This document shows, piece after piece, positions 1 to 8,323 of a stretch of DNA of 64,000 bases. Position 1 is the first letter of the stretch; every line of letters begins with the position of its first letter. The notes below the pieces were generated by a model. The model worked only from the letters and a program-made list of their open reading frames with translations, did not search any database and was not told the origin of the DNA. This DNA is from Candidatus Bathyarchaeia archaeon. Its GTDB lineage: Archaea > Thermoproteota > Bathyarchaeia > Hecatellales > Hecatellaceae. Location: positions 3,278-67,277 of the forward strand of contig JAVZMI010000007.1 in the NCBI GenBank assembly GCA_038883335.1, in the 5' to 3' direction. The position numbers and the translations under genes are program-made.

Positions 1-405
1 GGCGAGGAGAAACCTAATCCTAGGATGCTTCAAGATGTAATGGTAAACCGCGTCAATCTGGTGAGGCAATGGGTCAATCTGCGACACGTTAACAGCATAG
101 AGAGGGTCAAACTGGAAAGCATAACGGATCCTTTTCCCTTCCATAGCAAGGAAAAACGCCTCAGCATCCCCAGAAAAATCCTTCTTCCCCAAATCAACTC
201 TCTTAACCTTCTCCAAATCGCTCTTCCTCAAAATCCGCGAGTAAAAGCGTTCAGATTTTACACCGATGCCTTGCACTTCAACGCCAGTGCCAATCTGCTT
301 GCATGAGATAACCTTTATGCGCTCAGGCCAGAAGGGCCCTTCCAGAATACTTTCTGGCTTCAAGAAAGCTTCGCCTAAAGATGCACCCCCACCTACAGCC
401 GCCAT
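1..405 (-). CDS. SNF2/RapA-like helicase, N-terminal fragment (partial; continues past the window start)
   Basis: The minus-strand frame is open from ATG at 405..403 to nt 1. It translates to MAAVGGGASLGEAFLKPESILEGPFWPERIKV...FDPLYAVNVSQIDPLPHQIDAVYHYILKHPRIRFLLA. The PLPHQ (Q-motif-like) followed by RxRFLLA is the segment that immediately precedes DEVGLGKT in RapA/SNF2 ATPases. It is missing from the ORF track because the window edge truncates it. Confidence 0.45.
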   Translation of the reverse strand, partial: MAAVGGGASLGEAFLKPESILEGPFWPERIKVISCKQIGTGVEVQGIGVKSERFYSRILRKSDLEKVKRVDLGKKDFSGDAEAFFLAMEGKRIRYAFQFDPLYAVNVSQIDPLPHQIDAVYHYILKHPRIRFLLA

Positions 406-420
406 CTCATCACCTTTCCA

Positions 421-645
421 CTATTTTTCCTTATTAAAGTAAACCTTGGCTGGGCCAATCTTCCTAGACTTCACGTAGCCATGCTCCTCCAGAGCACTAA
501 GATAGCCAGAAAGAAAAGTCCTATTAACATCCATTTGCTTGGCAATCTCTTTAACAGACTGCCCAGGCTGCCTCTTCAAAAGCTCAACGATTTTGGTGGT
601 TAAACTTTGACCATTCGGCACCTTCTTATCCCAAAACATAATCAA
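421..645 (-). CDS. small winged-helix (ArsR/TrmB-like) transcriptional regulator
   Basis: The 74 aa ORF has a helix-turn-helix signature (QSVKEIAKQMDVNRTFLSGYLSALEEHGYV). Its stop codon is in the same frame as the downstream helicase fragment. Confidence 0.55.
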   Translation of the reverse strand: MIMFWDKKVPNGQSLTTKIVELLKRQPGQSVKEIAKQMDVNRTFLSGYLSALEEHGYVKSRKIGPAKVYFNKEK

Positions 646-749
646 CTCTCAACTTCATATATTTTCGCATGAGTTAACAAATCTGTTTATCGACCTGTAT
701 CCACGATTTCGTAGTATCAATCAGTGCTAGGCGCATCTTCTATTCATTT

Positions 750-1345
750 CTCGGTAACGATGAAATACTCCTTTGACTCTGGAAGACGTGGCGAGTCGAT
801 TACTGTGGCTACTCGTGTGCCTTCCTTAGCCTTTCTGATGTAAACTCTATGGGTGCATGCGTGGGCTAACACATAGCCTCCAGCTGGTCTGTTTGGGTCG
901 CCGAAACCTTGCTGGATTAGCCTGCACCTGGTTTGTCACAACCACAGCTATGTTATAGATTTCCGCCAGCCGAAGCAGCTTATGTAAGCGCTGGTTGAGT
1001 TTTTGCTGTCGTTCAGCTAGGCTCTCGCGTCCAACATGTTCTCCTCGGAAATGGCTAATCATAGAATCAACCACAACCAGCTTCACATTCTCTTCGGGAC
1101 AAATCTTGAAGAGCCCATCGATTAAGAAGACTTGTCGCTGTTGTACGCCCGTGCGATCATCACGTTGTTAAGCGCTTGCTGCCGATCCAAACCCATAGCG
1201 GCGGCAATACGATAAACCCTTTCAGGGCTAAAAGTTCCCTCGATGTCGATGAAAAGCACATCGCCCTCCAGGACTTCTTGGCTCTTTGGGCAGTTGCGCC
1301 ATGACGCAAAGCTTCAGGCAAATTTGCATCCTGCCTACATGCTCT
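750..1345 (-). pseudogene. radA: RadA-like recombinase (RecA/Rad51 family) pseudogene with multiple frameshifts
   Basis: Three different minus-strand frames carry consecutive RadA segments. They are CLKLCVMAQLPKEPRSPGG, then [47 protein letters not shown], then [72 protein letters not shown], then [50 protein letters not shown]. That implies at least four frameshifts (near 1280, 1130 and 900). The Walker A position reads KEHVGRMQ instead of GEFGSGKTQ, and an in-frame stop lies just upstream. Confidence 0.75.
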
Positions 1346-1573
1346 TTTTACTTATAAAGTCAAAATCTCGGCTGTGATCTGCTTAGCATAGTCTTCAGGT
1401 TAGGTTTTCTATCTGGGCCTCTTTTTCGCGCCCAGCTTGGCCCCGTTCCTCGTTACGGGTTTCACTCTTCAGAATAGTTGAAGAGGGGGGTTCTTTTATT
1501 TGAGGCGACTGTTAACAGCGAGGCAACTACTCATTTTTATCGTCTTGGCTTTAATGATTTCTAAAGTGGGATA

Positions 1574-1916
1574 CTATTCACGTCTTAAAGCTTCCACGGG
1601 TGTCAGTCGGGATGCTCTCCAAGCTGGGATGATGCCGGCTAGCGCTCCTACTGCTGTGGCCATGAGGATGGCTGCGAGTATAAGCTCAGGGGTTACAACT
1701 GGAGTTATTGTGAGGCTTTGAACATGCGAGGTCCTAGGCCCGCCTGGGGGGCCTCCGAAACTGCCAAATGTGAAGCCCCCCCCAAAGATGGAGACTACAA
1801 AATGGGAGGCTACGGCTCCAGCTAGGCTTACATCTGTTTTCCCACCCCCCCCAAAACAATAAGAGAAGCCTCAAAAGACAAGGAGATTCACACATACCCA
1901 CATAGACAAGGTTCAC
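1574..1916 (-). pseudogene. FtsX-family ABC permease, C-terminal remnant (fragmentary)
   Basis: A minus-strand frame gives ...PELILAAILMATAVGALAGIIPAWRASRLTPVEALRRE*, which matches the last transmembrane helix and C-terminus of FtsX/MacB-type permeases. The upstream part is broken across frames at G/C homopolymer runs of 8 C and 6 G on the plus strand. Less than 0.4 kb survives of a gene that would normally be about 1.2 kb. Confidence 0.35.
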
Positions 1917-2077
1917 CTCACCCTCCCAACGTCTGCTTCAAACAACTCCCAAAGGGAGAGCCTGACACCCCTACCCATAAACTATAAAAAAGGAAGGAGC
2001 CTAATTTTGAATCAACCTATAGCCTATACCACAAATTAATAAAATATAGGGGGTCTCATGACAGAGGGGCTGATTAA

Positions 2078-3121
2078 GTGAACGACCTAAGAGAAGCATT
2101 AAAGCTGATGGCAGATAAGATAAAGAAGTTTCGTTCTCTCTATGAACAGAATGAAATGGCAGTAAGGGATCAAATAGTAAATCCTATTTTGAGAAATCTT
2201 GGATGGGACCCTGAAAACCCAGAAGAAGTTCAACCTAATGTATCTACTGAAGAAGGCGTGCCTGACTACTCTTTAATCCAAGATGGAAAGAGAATTTTAT
2301 TTGTTGAAGTAAAAAAGTTGAGTGTTGACATTGAGCAAAGAGGAGTTATACGTCAATTGGCGAAGTACTCCTTCAGCGAGGGTACAAAATACGGCGTATT
2401 GACAAATGGCGCAGTATGGATACTAATTAAATCATTTGAGGAAGGGACCAGTTTACCTGAACGGGTTGTCTGGAAAGTAGATTTAGAGAATGATGAATTG
2501 TCGGAAGTTCTCAGAAATATAATTGCAATCTCAAAGGCCAATATCAAAAACATAGAAGTTTTAATGAAGAAGATTCAAATACTAGATGAAGTTTGGCAAT
2601 CTATTCTAGACGCGCCTGAGAAAATTGTCAAAGGTTTAATGCCAGCAGTTAAATTAATTTTAACTCAAGGTTACCCAGGCTATCATTTTGAAGATGAAGA
2701 AATTGAAGATTTGCTGAAAGAAAGGCTCAAAGAAATAATTTCAGAACCAGATGAAGAGTCTCTAACTGAGGCGCAAATAGAAGCTACAGCGTGGCGAGGC
2801 GAAAGTCCACGAAAAATGAGGCTAAAAAATGAAGTATTTGAACTTCATAACTCCTTTGAAATTTTGGTAAACACTGCCAATTGGCTCATAAAGAACGGAA
2901 AGTTGAAACCTTCTGATTGTCCTGTGGGAGCTGGGCGTGGCAAAAGAAACCTTATCAACAAAGAACCAAAACATAAATATGGTGATAATTTTCGATCGCC
3001 CAAAAAACTTTCTAACGGGTTGTGGATAGAAACACATTATAGTACTGCTAGCGCTATAAATTATGCAAAGCAACTATTAGAAAAATTTGGAGTCCCATCT
3101 GAAGTACTCGTTATTGAGTGA
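2078..3121 (+). CDS. HSDR_N-type PD-(D/E)xK nuclease-domain protein with an uncharacterised C-terminal half
   Basis: The N-terminal ~130 aa match the type I restriction enzyme R-subunit N-terminal nuclease fold (MAVRDQIVNPILRNLGW...GVPDYSLIQDGKRILFVEVKKL...QLAKY...GVLTNGAVWIL). The C-terminal 200 aa have no motif I recognise. GC is clearly lower (around 36-38%) than the surrounding ~50%. Confidence 0.55.
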   Translation: MNDLREALKLMADKIKKFRSLYEQNEMAVRDQIVNPILRNLGWDPENPEEVQPNVSTEEGVPDYSLIQDGKRILFVEVKKLSVDIEQRGVIRQLAKYSFSEGTKYGVLTNGAVWILIKSFEEGTSLPERVVWKVDLENDELSEVLRNIIAISKANIKNIEVLMKKIQILDEVWQSILDAPEKIVKGLMPAVKLILTQGYPGYHFEDEEIEDLLKERLKEIISEPDEESLTEAQIEATAWRGESPRKMRLKNEVFELHNSFEILVNTANWLIKNGKLKPSDCPVGAGRGKRNLINKEPKHKYGDNFRSPKKLSNGLWIETHYSTASAINYAKQLLEKFGVPSEVLVIE

Positions 3122-4324
3122 TTGAGTAACATATTTACACAAGATAACGCGCATAGATCACCGAATTTATAGCATATCTAATGGTACCATTCTAACCACA
3201 ATACTCGTTTTGAATTTTCTGATTAAACTGCTTTAAAAATTGACGCCCCATTCATTCTTTAGAGACTAAAAATCCTCGGAAAGTACAAGCCGGAACTCTG
3301 GAAGATTCACTCCACGGAGTTATCTTAAGCCTGTGCCGTATGGGATGCCGATAGCGATGGCAATGGACTACTTGACCAAGAGGCTATGAATTATTAATGA
3401 AGAAACTTCCATGAAGCGCGAACCTTAACTTTTAAAGCAAATTGAAGAAATCGATGTTGAATCTTTATACCACATAGATGCTTTACATGAATCTGGCATA
3501 CCAGAGCCTTTTCAACGCCAAATATTATCCATCTCCCAGCAATAGAGAAGTTTAATATTCCAAAAGCCCGCCTATACATAGTAACACTTTACCGTTTTAA
3601 AGGTGGCCCAATATGGGCGAACAGAAGACAAGAACGAGACTGGGCTTCCCAACATTCTGGAGAAAGAATATTCAGCCCGGACCACATGGCAGAAAAGCTC
3701 AAACTCTGAGACCACGCCGCCGAACAACCGAACGAAAACAAAACCCAATGGACAGGAGAACAAACACCTTAGCCAAGCTGAGCTATCGGCCCACGTAAAT
3801 TCTTATCACTGGTTGGGCTTCTTATCTCTTTCTTCTCAGGGGGCACGCTCACCACACGTGACGGCAGAAGGACTCAACAACTCAGATAGTTCAGATCTTC
3901 TTCTGTGGGCGGTAATTCTTTTTGATTGGAGACCATTCGGATTCATTAATATTTTATCTCATAGAAGGAAGGTTGCTCTATGCGGTCGAGTATGAACTTA
4001 ATTAAGAATGGCAAGATGAAATGCGTCAGAATTACGCCGATAGCTCCTATGTAAAGATCTCTCCTCGTTGCTTTGAAAGATTTTTTTTCATCCAAAATTT
4101 AAATCATCCACGATGGTGTTGTAAAACCTTCCATAAAAACTTAACTAGTCTCAGCTATGGTAAAGAGTGATTCTCGATCTTGGATAAAAGGATTCGTTTA
4201 CATATCGAAGCTACTTCAAACACTCCGAAAGTTGACGTATAATATATATGCGAGATTCTTAATCTTCAATGAAAAATGCCTGTAGTGCGAAGGATGACGA
4301 CTTCGTGGAAAGAGAGTTGATGGT

Positions 4325-6772
4325 TTGGGTGTATTGAGCTTGGCAGGAATGCTGCCGACCAACTTTAAGCCGAAGATAGCCGAGAAGAGATGGAAACCCG
4401 AGAGGGAAAGGTTCCTTGTCGAAGAATGGTCAAGGGAGGGTATCTACAAGTTTGACAGAACTTCTGGAAAGCCTATCTTCTCGATTGATACGCCCCCACC
4501 CTATGCGTCGGGCCGCTGGCATGTCGGCGGTGCTACCCATTACGCCCAAATAGACATGGTTGCACGATACTACAGAATGAAAGGATACGAGGTTCTCTTC
4601 TCTTTTGGGATAGACCGAAACGGCCTACCAGTAGAGGTTGAAGTGGAAAAGAGGCATAATCTCAATGCTCACGAGATCCCAAGAGAGAAGTTCATAGCCC
4701 TATGCAAGGAGTTTCTGGATAGTGTAGAGAAGGAGATAATCTCGACTGCCAGAAGACTGGGAATGAGTTGCAACTTCGAAGGACTCTACCGCACTGATAG
4801 TGCAGAATACCGGAAAATTACTCAGTCCACCTTCATTGAGTTATGGAATCGTGGTCTCATCTACGAGGACAATAGGCCTACTAACTGGTGCCCAGCATGC
4901 CAAACCACGCTTGCCGACGCAGAGGTGGAGTATGCCGACCTTGAGACGAGTCTGTGCTATATACGCTTCAGAGTCAAAGAGGGAGGTGAGATAGTCGTGG
5001 CTACAACTCGGCCGGAGTTGATCTGCTCTTGCGCCGCCGTAATATACCATCCAGAGGATGAACGTTACAGACATTTAGAGGGACGACACGCAATAACTCC
5101 CATATATAATGCTGAAGTTCCATTAATCCCAAGCCACTATGCTAAGCCCGAGTTTGGCACGGGTATAGCGATGATTTGCTCCTTCGGAGACTACACCGAC
5201 GTGAAACTCTTCCGAGAGCTTGACCTTAAGCCGAAGATAGCGATAACTAAAACGGGTAGAATGAACTCTCAGGCGGGCATTCTCGAAGGCCTGAAGGTAG
5301 AGGAAGCTCGCAGTAAGATGATCGACCTCCTAGAAGAGGCTGAACTTTTATCACACAGGGAGAGGATTATTCATAAAACGCCGATATGCTGGAGGTCAAA
5401 GAATCCCATCGAGTTCATTGAGATGCCTGAGTATTATCTTAAGCAACTTCCATTCCTCGGCGAGCTCGCCGCCGATGCTGACAAGATGAAATTTCACCCA
5501 CCTGAAGCTAAGCAGCTGCTACTTAACTGGATAAACTCTGTAAGCACAGACTGGCCTATTACTCGGAGACGCTATTATGGGACTGAAGTCCCCCTCTGGT
5601 ACTGTCGAGAATGCGGCAAACCTTACCTCCCTCCACCAGGCGCATATTACCAACCCTGGCGTGAGAGACCTCCAAACGGAAGGTGTAGCTGTGGCTCCAT
5701 CCAATTTGTCGGAGAGACCCGGACATTCGATACATGGATGGATTCTAGCATAAGCCAGCTCTATATCCTAGGATACGGATGGGATAATGACCTCCTGACT
5801 CAAAGTTTCCCTTGCACTTTAAGACCTCAGGGAACCGACATCGTAAGGACATGGTTATACTATTCCATGCTGAGAACTCGGCAACTTCTCTCGGCACTAC
5901 CCTTTAAGCATGTAAGGATATCCGGAATGGGTTTAGACGAGAATGGGGAAGCCATGCATAAGTCAAAAGGTAACATCATCTGGCCTGAGCCGATCATAGA
6001 AGAATTAGGCGCAGACGCATTCAGGCTGTGGGGCGCAAGTGAGGCGCGGCTTGGCTCGGATTACCGGTTCAGCCGAGAGAGGTTAGAGGGGGCCGCGAGG
6101 TTTATTACCAAACTCTGGAATGTCTCCAGATTTGTTTCCTCCTTCCCTCAGCCCTCAGCTGGAGAGGCTGCCCTGATGGCTACGGATCAGATGATCTTAG
6201 CCGACCTTAACAACCTAATTCAAGAATGCGAGAAGGGATACGAAGAGATGGATTTCTTCATACCAGCTCAATCTATACGTGGTTTCCTCTGGGGTATCTT
6301 TGCCGACCATTACGTTGAGGCGGTGAAAACACGTGCCTACAATTTAGAGGGCAAGTTCACTAGGCAGGAGCAGGAGGGAGCTTGGATGACTTTACATACA
6401 GTCATCAAGACTGCCCTTAAACTCTTGGCACCCATCTGCCCGTTCGTTACAGATGCCATCTGGCGGGCAGTCTACGCTGGAACCTCAATCCACAAAGAGG
6501 ATTTCCCAAGACCGCGACCTGAATGGAAGTCTGAGCTGGGCATGGTTACTCAGAGTTTTATGGAGTTCAACTCGACAGTCTGGAAGTTTAAGAGACTGAA
6601 AGGTATAGCACTTAATGATGAAATAAAAGCAGCATACGCCACCGAGGATCTACAACCACTTGAGAAGGATCTAGCGGCGATGCATAGGATACGTTTCCTC
6701 TCTTTCTCAACTCCCCCAAAGAGGTCTGACAGTCCGGTGGAGAAAGTAGGATCCGTCTACTTAGTCGCTTGA
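4325..6772 (+). CDS. valS: class I aminoacyl-tRNA synthetase, most likely valine--tRNA ligase
   Basis: The 815 aa protein has a HIGH region (PPPYASGRWHVGGATHYAQIDMVARYYRMKGYEV), an editing/CP region, DTWMDSS, a KMSKS variant (MHKSKGNII) and an anticodon-binding C-terminal domain. The length and motif pattern fit archaeal ValRS better than Ile/Leu/MetRS. Confidence 0.6.
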   Translation: MGVLSLAGMLPTNFKPKIAEKRWKPERERFLVEEWSREGIYKFDRTSGKPIFSIDTPPPYASGRWHVGGATHYAQIDMVARYYRMKGYEVLFSFGIDRNGLPVEVEVEKRHNLNAHEIPREKFIALCKEFLDSVEKEIISTARRLGMSCNFEGLYRTDSAEYRKITQSTFIELWNRGLIYEDNRPTNWCPACQTTLADAEVEYADLETSLCYIRFRVKEGGEIVVATTRPELICSCAAVIYHPEDERYRHLEGRHAITPIYNAEVPLIPSHYAKPEFGTGIAMICSFGDYTDVKLFRELDLKPKIAITKTGRMNSQAGILEGLKVEEARSKMIDLLEEAELLSHRERIIHKTPICWRSKNPIEFIEMPEYYLKQLPFLGELAADADKMKFHPPEAKQLLLNWINSVSTDWPITRRRYYGTEVPLWYCRECGKPYLPPPGAYYQPWRERPPNGRCSCGSIQFVGETRTFDTWMDSSISQLYILGYGWDNDLLTQSFPCTLRPQGTDIVRTWLYYSMLRTRQLLSALPFKHVRISGMGLDENGEAMHKSKGNIIWPEPIIEELGADAFRLWGASEARLGSDYRFSRERLEGAARFITKLWNVSRFVSSFPQPSAGEAALMATDQMILADLNNLIQECEKGYEEMDFFIPAQSIRGFLWGIFADHYVEAVKTRAYNLEGKFTRQEQEGAWMTLHTVIKTALKLLAPICPFVTDAIWRAVYAGTSIHKEDFPRPRPEWKSELGMVTQSFMEFNSTVWKFKRLKGIALNDEIKAAYATEDLQPLEKDLAAMHRIRFLSFSTPPKRSDSPVEKVGSVYLVA

Positions 6773-8323
6773 TTGGGAGGCTTCAGACTTTTGCTTTCTT
6801 CTGCTTCTCTGGAGGAGGAGATTAAGACCGTTTACCATAGCCTCCACACTTGCCACAACGATGTCCGGTTTGGCGGCTCTGGCTGAGACTACCTCGCCAC
6901 CTCCACTCTCCACTTTGATAATTACTTCTGCCAAAGCGTCGGAGCCCCCGGTGAGGGCTTCTAGTCTAAACTCCTTCAGCCTCACATCTATTAGAGTATC
7001 AGTCACCTTCTGGATGGCTCTCATCGCCGCGTCAACCGGTCCCACTCCTGTCTCCGATGCCACGTATTCTCTACCATCCAAAATCAGTTTGACTGAGGCA
7101 GTAGGTGTCATATTTACACCAGTCACCACAACCAAATCCTTGAGATTAATATAGTCCCGCACATTAACTTTTGACCCACATACGAGGTTGGCTATGGAAT
7201 AGAGGTCTGTAGTGGTAACCGATTTACCCTTGTCACCCATAGCCTTGATCTGCCTTATTACCTCCCTCATCTGTTGCTCGGTTAACTGGAAGCCAGCTTC
7301 CTCTAACTCACGTTTTATACCATGATACCCCGCGTGCTTCCCAGCTACTATTAGGCGGCTTCTACCCACCAGCTCCGGGGAGATAGGCTCATAGGTTAGG
7401 GGCATCTTAACTACACCGTGAGTGTGAATCCCAGATTCATGGGCGAATGCGTTGTCGCCTACGATAGCTTTGTTAGGCTGGATCATCACCCCAGTCAGCC
7501 TAGAGACCATCCTCGATGTCTCATAAATGAGATGAGTGTTGATGTTGGTTTTCTTCTGGTATAGTGAATGTAGAGCTACTACAACCTCCTCCAATGCAGC
7601 GTTCCCAGCACGCTCACCTAACCCATTCACTGTGACGTGAACTTGCGAAGCCCCCCCTTCCAAGCCTGCGAGAGAGTTGGCGACCGCCAAACCGAGGTCG
7701 TTGTGGCAATGGACACTTATTGGGACACTGACTACTTCCGCCACTGAGCCTACAAGCATCCGCATCCGTGATGGGGTCATGACACCGACCGTGTCAGGTA
7801 TATTTATCCTATCGGCCCCCGCCTCCACAACTGCCCCGTAGACGTGTTTCAGAAAATTCAGATCCGTCCTCGTCGCATCCTCAGCTGAGAACTCTACGAT
7901 GACGCCTCGATCTTTCAGATATTTTACACTTTCAACAGCCTTCTCAACCACTTCGGCAGGAGTTAGATTGAGTTTATACTTCAAGTGAAGCTCAGAGGTG
8001 GCTATAAATGTGTGGATAGCATCTAAGTTGCACTTCAACGCTGCGTCAAGGTCTTCCTTAACAGTCCGAGCTAAGCCACAGATTTCCGCTCTAAGACCTT
8101 CTCTCGCTATTAGGGAGGCTGCCTCAGCTTCACCAGGAGAGGAGATAGGGAAGCCAACCTCTATGGTGTCGACGCCCAGTCTGTCTAGTTGCTTAGCGAT
8201 TGCAAGCTTTATCTCCGGGGTCAAGGCTACGCCTGGCGTCTGCTCACCATCCCTCAGTGTAGTATCGAATATCCTGATCTTCTCCGGCAGCTTAAACTCC
8301 GACAACCTTACCACCTTAGCCAC
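6761..8323 (-). CDS. leuA: 2-isopropylmalate synthase / citramalate synthase
   Basis: It has the HMGL-like motif IRIFDTTLRDGEQTPGVALTPEIKLAIAKQLDRLGVDTIEVGFP. The 520 aa length includes a C-terminal regulatory domain. Its 3' end overlaps the valS 3' end by 12 nt in convergent orientation. Confidence 0.85.
   Translation of the reverse strand: MAKVVRLSEFKLPEKIRIFDTTLRDGEQTPGVALTPEIKLAIAKQLDRLGVDTIEVGFPISSPGEAEAASLIAREGLRAEICGLARTVKEDLDAALKCNLDAIHTFIATSELHLKYKLNLTPAEVVEKAVESVKYLKDRGVIVEFSAEDATRTDLNFLKHVYGAVVEAGADRINIPDTVGVMTPSRMRMLVGSVAEVVSVPISVHCHNDLGLAVANSLAGLEGGASQVHVTVNGLGERAGNAALEEVVVALHSLYQKKTNINTHLIYETSRMVSRLTGVMIQPNKAIVGDNAFAHESGIHTHGVVKMPLTYEPISPELVGRSRLIVAGKHAGYHGIKRELEEAGFQLTEQQMREVIRQIKAMGDKGKSVTTTDLYSIANLVCGSKVNVRDYINLKDLVVVTGVNMTPTASVKLILDGREYVASETGVGPVDAAMRAIQKVTDTLIDVRLKEFRLEALTGGSDALAEVIIKVESGGGEVVSARAAKPDIVVASVEAMVNGLNLLLQRSRRKQKSEASQSSD

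Noticed and set aside
25-306. Plus-strand 93 aa ORF at the window start
   Set aside because: It is antisense to the much more convincing minus-strand SNF2/RapA-like helicase N-terminus. It has low-complexity sequence and no motifs.
1500-1721. Plus-strand 73 aa ORF (MRRLLTARQLL…)
   Set aside because: It is antisense to the FtsX C-terminal remnant, and its hydrophobicity mirrors the permease helix encoded on the opposite strand.
3603-3995. 130 aa and 61 aa plus-strand ORFs and the 3394..3763 minus-strand ORFs in the AT-rich gap
   Set aside because: They have low-complexity N/T/K/P/R runs, mutually overlapping frames and no recognisable domain. They are probably non-coding.
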